Virus record (IMG/VR): IMGVR_UViG_3300021560_000062 | Span: 1 to 26,561 of that record | Source of the DNA: a virus | Taxonomy: Duplodnaviria; Caudoviricetes | DNA length: 26,561 nucleotides | Strand: one strand, 5' to 3' | Translations under genes and position numbers: made by a program | The notes under the pieces: model-generated | Told to the model about the DNA's origin: nothing | Seen by the model: only the letters and a program-made list of their open reading frames with translations | Databases searched by the model: none | Part shown: positions 1 through 6,843 of the stretch, piece after piece | Numbering within the stretch: the stretch's first letter is position 1 | Layout of the letters: each line of letters opens with the position of its first letter

Positions 1-101
1 ATTCAGGGGACTTGGCACCCGATCGTGCAGGATGAATGCGTCGCGATGAATCGGGAAACCGGTTACTCGTTTCATTGGCCAACAACAGAGGAGTCCTAAT
101 C

Positions 102-485
102 ATGTTCATATCAATCAGGCGGGCGGGCTACGACCGTCACGGGCAGCAGGTGGCGAGCGGGCGCTTCCTGCTGCTTGTCCAATCCAAGGACGGCAATGCG
201 CGGGACCCGATCCGCGCCTTGGTCCGCTTCGTGTCTCTCACGCAATTCGGCCATTTCATGATGGGGTCGGCGCGCGCGTTCGGGCATCGCATCACGGTCA
301 GCGGCGCCTATGGTTCCGACGGCCTTCCCTGCAGCGTGCCGCCCGACGTCTACGCCAAGGCGGTTCCAGTCCCGCCGGTGCTCGTTGAGATGTGAAACAG
401 GGGCGGCGGGTGGAACGGTGCCGGCAGTGAAGCGCCGCTCATGCGGGAATGGGCGCGCAAGACGTTTCCAAAGAACGGCAAATAA
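102..485 (+). pseudogene. Small phage hypothetical protein interrupted by one in-frame TGA (393-395); intact part 102..395
   Basis: AGAGGAG SD upstream of ATG102. The frame reads ...PVLVEM-TGA-NRGGGWNGAGSEAPLMREWARKTFPKNGK-TAA(483-485), and a strong hairpin follows immediately. Confidence 0.55.
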
Positions 486-492
486 AACCCTA

Positions 493-530
493 GGGGGACG
501 GAATGGGAGCAAACTCCCGTTCTGTCCCTT
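493..530 (+). terminator. Long GC-rich hairpin, probable terminator or processing site
   Basis: GGGACGGAATGGGAG-CAAA-CTCCCGTTCTGTCCC gives a 15-bp stem with two G-U pairs, 8 nt after the stop at 485. The U-tract is weak. Confidence 0.6.
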
Positions 531-579
531 GATCTTCCCGCGGCCGCGGGAATCCGAGTCGAATCCGAGCCGCGCCAGG

Positions 580-609
580 TTGACAAGCGAGAAAATATCT
601 GCATCTAAT
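580..609 (+). promoter_or_regulatory. Putative sigma70-type promoter
   Basis: Perfect TTGACA (580-585), an 18-nt A-rich spacer, then TCTAAT (604-609). It is intergenic, downstream of the hairpin. Confidence 0.5.
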
Positions 610-764
610 GCGAACAGCTCCACGCCTGGGAAACCCACGAAGCCCCATGCGATCCAGGGGTCGCCGGCAACCAGCGGAGCGCAATGCCGGCGCCGGCCGG
701 CGGCTTACCTGGACTCCGAGCCGCCGGCCGTTCTCGAATCCGAGCCCGCCAAGGAATCCGAGCC

Positions 765-1010
765 ATGGTCGATCGCGTGTTCGCAATCGCCGGCGACTGG
801 GCACTGGCCAGCGACGGCATCCAATGGATGCTAATGCGCCAGCGCAAGGGTCCGCAGCCGTGGTATCCCGTCTCATTCGTCCATTCCAGCCGGGATATCC
901 TCGCCCGCTGTATGCATGAGAAGGGCGTGGGGCTTGATTCAGCCGCTCAATTGCTTTCCGGGCTACCTGACACCTTCGACCAGTGGAAAACAGCCTCAGA
1001 CGCCTCCTAA
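765..1010 (+). CDS. Phage hypothetical protein (81 aa)
   Basis: AAGGA SD upstream of ATG765. Globular-looking sequence MVDRVFAIAGDWALASDGIQWMLMR...LPDTFDQW. Confidence 0.75.
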   Translation: MVDRVFAIAGDWALASDGIQWMLMRQRKGPQPWYPVSFVHSSRDILARCMHEKGVGLDSAAQLLSGLPDTFDQWKTASDAS

Positions 1011-1037
1011 TTACGTTCCTCCGTACAGGAAACAGCT

Positions 1038-1550
1038 ATGACCCCCGACGAGGCAAAGGCTCTCCACGCCGTCGCCAGCGAGCTGGAGCGGCGCGCCAGC
1101 GACATGCGAGACCAGTACCGCCGCTCGCTCGCCCGTGGCTGGCACTCCACCTGGTCCGAATCCTGCTTGATACAGTCAACAAAGCTGTCGGCCTGGGGCG
1201 CCTTCTGCCATGCGCTCGCCGACAAGTACGAGATACGCGGGCCGCACGGCGACACCCCGCCCCCAGAATCTGAGTCGGCGTCTACCAGTGCGGCCGCGCC
1301 AGCTCTCGACTCCGAGCCGTACACTACGATCGCCGTGGAGCCTGGCGCCGTCTACACCGGTCCGCCGGGGCCGCGCGTCGCCGACCTGCCGCCAGCGTCC
1401 GAAGTTTTTCTCGACGATGGCAAGAGTCCGCCGCGTTTCGTAGAATCCGAGCCGGCCAGCGGTTCCGAGCCTGCCTCGCCCAGCGGGCCGCAGAGCGTCG
1501 TGAACACCGCTGGCCGGTTCGGCGCCACGGTATCAGGCTACAAGAGGTAG
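1038..1550 (+). CDS. Hypothetical protein with a helical N-terminus and a Pro/Ser/Glu-rich disordered tail
   Basis: AGGAAACAGCTATG start context, 170-aa ORF, GC-rich codon use. Confidence 0.7.
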   Translation: MTPDEAKALHAVASELERRASDMRDQYRRSLARGWHSTWSESCLIQSTKLSAWGAFCHALADKYEIRGPHGDTPPPESESASTSAAAPALDSEPYTTIAVEPGAVYTGPPGPRVADLPPASEVFLDDGKSPPRFVESEPASGSEPASPSGPQSVVNTAGRFGATVSGYKR

Positions 1551-1586
1551 CCCCATGCAAGCGAGCGTGAAACGGGAGTCGCCTCC

Positions 1587-1772
1587 ATGCAAACGATCGT
1601 GAAAGCCTATCGCGTCAACGCCGCCCGCGCCGTGTGGGAGCTGTGGGACGAGCGCGATCCCCGGCAAACGCCCAACGAGCGCGGCTACATGGTCCGCTAC
1701 TTCCCCGATGACGGCATTTGCTCGTTCAACGTCACCGGCTGCGCGTGGATAGTTCCGGGGACGCTGCAATGA
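1587..1772 (+). CDS. Small hypothetical protein (61 aa)
   Basis: GGGAG SD before ATG1587. Its stop overlaps the next ATG (ATGA). Confidence 0.65.
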   Translation: MQTIVKAYRVNAARAVWELWDERDPRQTPNERGYMVRYFPDDGICSFNVTGCAWIVPGTLQ

Positions 1773-1849
1773 AGGGTGCCCAAGCCGTGACCCCGTTCGA
1801 GTGGCTGCTTGTCCTTATCATCCTCACCATCCTGGAGTATTGGCCATGA
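1769..1849 (+). CDS. 26-aa hydrophobic membrane peptide (MKGAQAVTPFEWLLVLIILTILEYWP)
   Basis: Read manually. ATGA overlaps at both ends (1769-1772 and 1846-1849) fill the gap exactly. One hydrophobic segment. Confidence 0.5.
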   Translation: MKGAQAVTPFEWLLVLIILTILEYWP

Positions 1850-2820
1850 GACTGGTGATCTCGTCCGGCCACGGCAAGTATGTGCGCGGCGCATCGGGAT
1901 TGATCGACGAGGTTGACGAGGCCAGGCGAGTGGTCGCTTCCGTGATCGACAAGCTGCGGCGCACCGGCCACATGGTGATCGAGTTTCACGACGATACCAG
2001 CACGACGCAGCAGCAGAATTTACAAACCATCGTTAATTTTCATAACGCGCAGCAGCGCGATTACGACGTTTCCGTGCACTTCAATGCCTACGTGGCGACG
2101 CAAGGCGCGCGCGGCACCGAGGTGCTGTACGTGACGCAACAGGCGGCGGCCACCAAGATTGCCGCTGCGATCGCTGACGGCGGCAACCTGCTCAATCGCG
2201 GCGCCCACAAGCGCACCGATTTATATTTCTTGAACAAAACCAACAAGCCCGCGGTCCTCATTGAGGTTTGCTTCGTCGATGCCGCCGAGGACGTGAAGAA
2301 CTACCAGGCCAATTTCGACTCGATCTGCTCGGCCATCGCATCGGTCCCGGCCGAGCCTGTGGTGGTTGGAGGGGACACGTCGAATCCGCCATCCGAAATC
2401 CCGCTATCGACTGATCGTCCTCCGGTTCAATTCACAGGCAAATGCTCGTGGTTCGGCGGTCCCAATGATACGGGCGTCGCGCCCGACGAGGGGCTGGCGT
2501 TCATCTACTCGTACGACCAGCGCCCCGACCTGTTCCTCCCGCAGCAGCCGCCAGGGACGACCGGGCTGGCGCGTCGATTGGATCCCGAGGGCTTCTATGT
2601 CGCCTGCCGTTGGGATTACGGCGTGACGCCGAAGACCATGCTGGCCGATAAAAAGCGGGAGGCGGTCGTCAGCGCCGGCAATCGCTTCTTTCTCGCTTCC
2701 CCCGCCGACTGGGGGCCGCACGGGCAGACTGGCCGCGTGGCCGACCTGTCCCCTGGTTTGATGGAAGCACTGGGCATCAAAACCGACGACACCGTCACCG
2801 TGGAGTATCCCGCTACATGA
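1846..2820 (+). CDS. N-acetylmuramoyl-L-alanine amidase (Amidase_3) fused to an RlpA-like double-psi beta-barrel domain; probable endolysin
   Basis: Zn-amidase motifs ISSGHG, E, SVHFNA, PAVLIEVCFVD. The C-terminal GKCSWFG ... DWGP ... RVADLS resembles RlpA GxASWYG / DRGP / RIIDLS. GGAG SD before ATG1846. Confidence 0.9.
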   Translation: MRLVISSGHGKYVRGASGLIDEVDEARRVVASVIDKLRRTGHMVIEFHDDTSTTQQQNLQTIVNFHNAQQRDYDVSVHFNAYVATQGARGTEVLYVTQQAAATKIAAAIADGGNLLNRGAHKRTDLYFLNKTNKPAVLIEVCFVDAAEDVKNYQANFDSICSAIASVPAEPVVVGGDTSNPPSEIPLSTDRPPVQFTGKCSWFGGPNDTGVAPDEGLAFIYSYDQRPDLFLPQQPPGTTGLARRLDPEGFYVACRWDYGVTPKTMLADKKREAVVSAGNRFFLASPADWGPHGQTGRVADLSPGLMEALGIKTDDTVTVEYPAT

Positions 2821-3065
2821 AGGAGCCGACCATCATCCGGGAGAACGGCAACGAGCACTTTCGTGCCCGCTGGTGGAGAAAGAACGTGGTGCGGTTGACG
2901 ATCGCCGAGCTGAGCAAGCTGACCGGCTACTCGCCCAATGCGATCTACCGTTTTGAAAGAGGCTGCACGTCGGTCGGGGAGCCGCATGCGCCGGAAGCCT
3001 GGCGGCGCTACCGCATGGTGTGTGCCGGCGTTACCAGGGGAGAGGCATTTGACTGGGATAGATGA
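2817..3065 (+). CDS. XRE-family helix-turn-helix regulator
   Basis: LTIAELSKLTGYSPNAIYRFERG is a typical HTH_3 pattern. ATGA overlap with the amidase stop. Confidence 0.85.
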   Translation: MKEPTIIRENGNEHFRARWWRKNVVRLTIAELSKLTGYSPNAIYRFERGCTSVGEPHAPEAWRRYRMVCAGVTRGEAFDWDR

Positions 3066-3435
3066 TAAAGCTGACGAGCTGCTGCTGTCTCCTGACGACG
3101 AGATCAAGCTGCAATGCCCGCTGTGCGGCGGCAACAATCTGCACCACGACAACGTGCTCGTGTACTTTCGCCCGCACGACGATAGCGAGCAGACTTATCT
3201 GCTCGACGTCAAGCCGCCTAATGTAACCTACGACCTGCATGCGTATTACAATCCCAGCAGCCGCAGGGATGCCGTCGGCATCAGGTTCATGTGCGAGACG
3301 TGCGATCTCAATGCGGAGCTGCAAATCGTGCAGCACAAAGGGGCGACGTACATGAAATGGCGGTTCGTCGGCAATTCCGAGTACGTCAAGGATAAGGAAA
3401 ATGTCAAGTCGATACTGCCGCTCAGGAAAGTCTGA
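3049..3435 (+). CDS. Hypothetical zinc-ribbon protein
   Basis: CPLC...HH and CETC pairs plus QHKG. Probable TTG start at 3049 after GGAGAGG. Confidence 0.7.
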   Translation: MTGIDDKADELLLSPDDEIKLQCPLCGGNNLHHDNVLVYFRPHDDSEQTYLLDVKPPNVTYDLHAYYNPSSRRDAVGIRFMCETCDLNAELQIVQHKGATYMKWRFVGNSEYVKDKENVKSILPLRKV

Positions 3436-3436
3436 G

Positions 3437-5284
3437 ATGGACATCGTGTGCCTCGATTTCGAGACGTTCTTCAGCAAGGATTACACCTTGCGGAAGATGA
3501 CGACCGAGGCATATGTTCGCGATCCCCGGTTTGCCGCGCATGGAGCGGCCTTCAGTTGGAACGGAGCCCCGCCGCAATGGTTCCCCGCTTACAACTTGCG
3601 AGGCATTCTTAACCAGCTCGACATGCGGCAAACCGGGGTCCTTTGCCATCACGCGCAATTCGACGGGCTGATCCTCTCTCACCATTTTAATGTCCGCCCC
3701 GCCTTCTGGTTCGACACCTTGAGCATGGCGCGACAGATACTGGGGACGCACGTCTCCGCGTCGCTCGACTCGCTCGCCAGGCATTACGGGCTGGCCGCCA
3801 AGCAGGTCCCCTATGCGCTGTTCAAGGGCAAGCACTGGCACGAGCTGGATGACGTGACGCAGAAGATGGTGGCAGATGGCTGTTGCCATGACGTCGCCTT
3901 GACCTGGGACATCTTCCGTCGCTTCCTCAAAGAATTCCCGCGCGATGAATTGAAGCTGATCGACCTGACTATCCGCATGTTCACCGAGCCGGTGCTGCGC
4001 GGCGACGTCGCATTATTGGCTAAGGTGTGGGAGGACGAGCAGCGGCATAAGACCGACCTGATGGAGTCGATCGGAGTCACTGCCGACGACCTGCAATCGA
4101 CCGCCCGCTTCGTCGAGCTGCTGGAAGCCGCGGGCGTCGAGGTGGAGTACAAGGCCAATGACAACGGCATCATGATTCCGGCGATCGCAAAAACCGACCA
4201 GTTCATGCGGGACTTGCTGGAGGATGACGATGATTACGTACGCGGGCTGGCTCAAGCTAGACTTGGCGTTCGATCCACCATTGACCAAACAAGAGCAAGC
4301 CGCCTTGGATTTATGGCTAACAGAGGCACTATGCCGGTTTATCTTAAATATGGGGGCGCGCATACAACACGTTGGTCCGGTGGAGATAGAGTCAATTGGC
4401 AGAATCTGCGCCGTGGAAGTGATCTCCGAAAGGCCATATCCGCACCAGAAGGGTACCTCCTGGCAACCATCGATCTATCTCAAATCGAATGCCGAATCCT
4501 GAACCTGCTCGCCGGGCAGGAGGACAAGGTTGATGACTTCCGCGCCGGGCGCGATCCTTACGTGGGCGTCGCCAGCGAGGCTTATGGGCGGGAGATCACC
4601 AAGGAGGACAAGGCCGAGCGCGGCATGGGCAAGCAGTCCGAGCTGTCGTGCGGCTACGGCTGCGGCGCGGCACGCTTTCAAGCTACTGCCAAGTCGGGGA
4701 ATTACGGGCCGCCGGTCAAGCTGACGCTCGACGAAGCGGATTATTTCGTGAAGGTCTACCGCTTCACCCATCCGGCCGTGGTGGCGCTATGGCGGCAAGC
4801 GGACCAGGCACTGATTCAGATGGACCGCATGGCCTCGTGGAGATGGGGGCCGTTATTGATTGAAAATCGGCGCATTTATTTGCCCAACGGGGGATGGATA
4901 AACTACGAGACGCTGAACTGGTTCAACGGCGACATGAAAGTAGAAGGCAATCAGTTTAACGATAACCGCGTGCTGAGTCTTCCCGACCAGGGATGGCGCA
5001 TGCGGACCCGTTTCGGGTGGTCGAAGATGTACGGCGCAAAATTAGTCGAGAACGTCGTTCAGGCCATGGCGCGCGTGGTCATGAGCCAGGCCATGGTCCG
5101 CATCGCCGATGCCGGTATCCGCATCGTCAACTCCGAGCACGACAAGGTGGCGGTGGTATTGAAGCAGGATGGCACCGAGCAGGAGGCTTTTGAATTTTGT
5201 AAGCAGGAGATGGTGCGGGTGCCGCCATGGATGCCCGACCTGCCGCTCGCGTGCGAGGGGCACCTGGGGGAGCGGTACGAGTGA
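3437..5284 (+). CDS. polA: Phage family A DNA polymerase with 3'-5' exonuclease domain
   Basis: ExoI LDFET, ExoII HHAQFD, TTRWSG / NWQNL, motif A DLSQIECR, motif B RGMGKQSELSCGYG, ENVVQAMAR, motif C EHDK. Confidence 0.95.
   Translation: MDIVCLDFETFFSKDYTLRKMTTEAYVRDPRFAAHGAAFSWNGAPPQWFPAYNLRGILNQLDMRQTGVLCHHAQFDGLILSHHFNVRPAFWFDTLSMARQILGTHVSASLDSLARHYGLAAKQVPYALFKGKHWHELDDVTQKMVADGCCHDVALTWDIFRRFLKEFPRDELKLIDLTIRMFTEPVLRGDVALLAKVWEDEQRHKTDLMESIGVTADDLQSTARFVELLEAAGVEVEYKANDNGIMIPAIAKTDQFMRDLLEDDDDYVRGLAQARLGVRSTIDQTRASRLGFMANRGTMPVYLKYGGAHTTRWSGGDRVNWQNLRRGSDLRKAISAPEGYLLATIDLSQIECRILNLLAGQEDKVDDFRAGRDPYVGVASEAYGREITKEDKAERGMGKQSELSCGYGCGAARFQATAKSGNYGPPVKLTLDEADYFVKVYRFTHPAVVALWRQADQALIQMDRMASWRWGPLLIENRRIYLPNGGWINYETLNWFNGDMKVEGNQFNDNRVLSLPDQGWRMRTRFGWSKMYGAKLVENVVQAMARVVMSQAMVRIADAGIRIVNSEHDKVAVVLKQDGTEQEAFEFCKQEMVRVPPWMPDLPLACEGHLGERYE
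4230..4502 (+). CDS. Candidate overprinted gene nested in the +1 frame of the polymerase (90 aa)
   Basis: GGAGG at 4219-4223, 6 nt before ATG4230. Polymerase third positions turn A/T-rich across this span, and the composition is protein-like. Confidence 0.5.
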   Translation: MITYAGWLKLDLAFDPPLTKQEQAALDLWLTEALCRFILNMGARIQHVGPVEIESIGRICAVEVISERPYPHQKGTSWQPSIYLKSNAES

Positions 5285-5550
5285 TTACCTGGGATTGCTG
5301 CGAGACCTGTATCGGCTGGAGCCGCAAGACGGAGTACACTGGGACGTGCAATCAGGACAATTCCCTGGCGTGCGGCACGACGACCGATTCCCGGTTCCGC
5401 TGCCCCGCCTATCAGCGAGGAGGCCGTCATGGCGAGAGGAAAGATGGCGAAGGTAATGCACGAGTACAAGGAAAAGAAGCTGCACTCGGGCTCGAAGAAG
5501 GGGCCGCCGGTGAAGTCCCGCAAGCAGGCCATCGCGATCGGCCTGTCTGA
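5281..5550 (+). CDS. Small Cys-rich hypothetical protein
   Basis: GTGA overlap with the polymerase stop. MITWDCCETCIGW...GTC...AC...RCPAY. The 3' part overlaps the next gene. Confidence 0.55.
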   Translation: MITWDCCETCIGWSRKTEYTGTCNQDNSLACGTTTDSRFRCPAYQRGGRHGERKDGEGNARVQGKEAALGLEEGAAGEVPQAGHRDRPV

Positions 5551-5620
5551 AGCCCGCAAGGCCGGCGAGAAGGGTGCCGCCAGGCGGCGGGAAAAGAGAC
5601 TCGAGAACGAGCCTATGTGA
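5429..5620 (+). CDS. Small basic protein, DUF6496-like
   Basis: GAGGAGG SD. KVMHEYKEKKLHSGSKKGPPVKSRKQAIAIGLSEARKAG matches the KQAIAIxLSEAR family as I recall it. Confidence 0.8.
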   Translation: MARGKMAKVMHEYKEKKLHSGSKKGPPVKSRKQAIAIGLSEARKAGEKGAARRREKRLENEPM

Positions 5621-6024
5621 TGAAAAAGTTACCAGAACGCTTTCAAAGCAAGATACTACCAGAACCCAATTCAGGGTGCTGGTTTTGGAACGGTGCTATT
5701 GATTCGCGCGGTTACGGAAGAATTTCAGTAGCCGGTAAAAATAAATTGGCGCACCGAGAAGTCTTTCTGCGGCTAAAAAGAAATTTAGCCGCAGAAGAAT
5801 GTCTAGATCATCTGTGTAGAATACGATGTTGTGTTAACCCTGAACACTTGGAACCTGTAACTTTGGCAGAAAATATACGTAGAGGTAATCACAAGTACAA
5901 CAAACTAAAAACTCATTGCAAGTATGGGCATGAGTTTAACATTGAAAACATTCGTTTTTATAAAACTGAACGGGCGTGCCGAGAGTGTAACAGGATACGC
6001 ATGCGTAGGAGGAGACAAACGTGA
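5617..6024 (+). CDS. HNH homing-endonuclease-like protein (HNH_3 plus C-terminal Cys/His domain)
   Basis: GCWFWNGA...GYG...AHR...LDHLCRIRCCVNPEHLEPVTLAEN and KTHCKYGH...CREC. The DNA is markedly AT-rich. Confidence 0.9.
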   Translation: MMKKLPERFQSKILPEPNSGCWFWNGAIDSRGYGRISVAGKNKLAHREVFLRLKRNLAAEECLDHLCRIRCCVNPEHLEPVTLAENIRRGNHKYNKLKTHCKYGHEFNIENIRFYKTERACRECNRIRMRRRRQT

Positions 6025-6677
6025 GGTTGCCACCGTGGTCCTACTCCATGCTGCGCGACGAGGGCAATTGCCCCCATCTCGCTTATCGGCGGTTCATTAA
6101 AAAAGACCTGCCCAAGCCCAAGAGCAAGGCGTTGCAGCACGGTATTGACGTGCACGAAGCCCTGGAGAAGCGCATCCGGGACAACGAGCCGCTGGCGACC
6201 GAGCACGCAAAATATGAGCCGTGGGCAATGTGCTTTGATAAAAGAGTGTGCGCGGTCGAGATGAAGCTGGGCGTCACCAGGGAGGGGCGGCCTTGCGACT
6301 TCTTCGCCGAGGACGTGTTCGGCCGCGGCAAGGTGGACGTCGTTTACTCACCCGCAGCCAAGCGGCTGCACGTCTACGACTGGAAAACCGGCAACGTGCG
6401 GGAAGACCCGCACGAGCTGGAGATACAGGCGCTTTTACTGCAGGCCCGCTTCCCCGACGTGACCGACCTGCGCGGCTGGTATGTGTGGCTGAAAGAGGAC
6501 AGGCTGGGCGAGGAGCACGACCTGAGCAACACCCCGCGCACCTGGCGCAACGTGCTGGAGACGGTGTTCACGATGGAGAGCCGCACCAGCGACACCGACT
6601 GGGTGAAGAAGCCGGGGCCGCTGTGCGCCTGGTGCGAGGTGAAGGACTGCGAGCACAACAGGAACAAGAATGCATAA
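6021..6677 (+). CDS. PD-(D/E)XK exonuclease, Cas4/RecB-like
   Basis: WSYS...CP, HGIDVHEALE, E...GKVDV...DWKTG and a C-terminal CAWCEVKDC, giving a 1+3 Cys Fe-S staple. Confidence 0.9.
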   Translation: MRLPPWSYSMLRDEGNCPHLAYRRFIKKDLPKPKSKALQHGIDVHEALEKRIRDNEPLATEHAKYEPWAMCFDKRVCAVEMKLGVTREGRPCDFFAEDVFGRGKVDVVYSPAAKRLHVYDWKTGNVREDPHELEIQALLLQARFPDVTDLRGWYVWLKEDRLGEEHDLSNTPRTWRNVLETVFTMESRTSDTDWVKKPGPLCAWCEVKDCEHNRNKNA

Positions 6678-6843
6678 ATACAAAAAGGGTGATGTCCGTT
6701 ACACCGACGACCACGGCAAGTCGGAGGAGAAATGCTCCCTGTGCTGGTGGTGGGAGGGTAAGGAGACGTGCGCGATCGTCTCCGGGGTGATCGATCCGGA
6801 CGGATGGTGCATGAAATTCGCGTGGGATGATAGCGACCGATGA
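6670..6843 (+). CDS. HiPIP-like high-potential [4Fe-4S] protein (57 aa, no signal peptide)
   Basis: Manual translation: MHKYKKGDVRYTDDHGKSEEKCSLCWWWEGKETCAIVSGVIDPDGWCMKFAWDDSDR, pattern C-x2-C-x8-C-x2-V-x-G-x-I-x-P-x-G-W-C. It overlaps both neighbours and fills the gap. Confidence 0.8.
   Translation: MHKYKKGDVRYTDDHGKSEEKCSLCWWWEGKETCAIVSGVIDPDGWCMKFAWDDSDR

Larger units (their letters stand above)
550..1471 (+). repeat. Dispersed direct repeat GA(A/C)TCCGAG(C/T)C, containing GANTC
   Basis: Copies at 550, 561, 712, 736, 754, 1308 and 1443, with variants at 1266 and 1461, all in the same orientation. Confidence 0.75.

Noticed and set aside
12-29. Sigma54-like TTGGCAC...GTGCA
   Set aside because: The GG-to-GC spacing is 11 nt; sigma54 promoters need 10.
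393-395. Genome-wide TGA-to-Trp recoding
   Set aside because: TGA terminates many genes here through ATGA/GTGA overlaps, and Trp is encoded by TGG throughout.
310-834. 174-aa ORF with ESEP repeats
   Set aside because: It crosses a hairpin, a promoter and two better genes, and has an R/S/P-rich shadow composition. The repeats are better explained at DNA level.
4850-4985. AT-rich patch in polA as another nested gene or intron
   Set aside because: The +1 frame is closed by nearby stops, no long alternative ORF spans the patch, and the polymerase frame is uninterrupted.
6021-6677. Cas4 as part of a CRISPR-Cas system
   Set aside because: No array or other cas genes are present; solo Cas4-like nucleases are common in phage replication modules.
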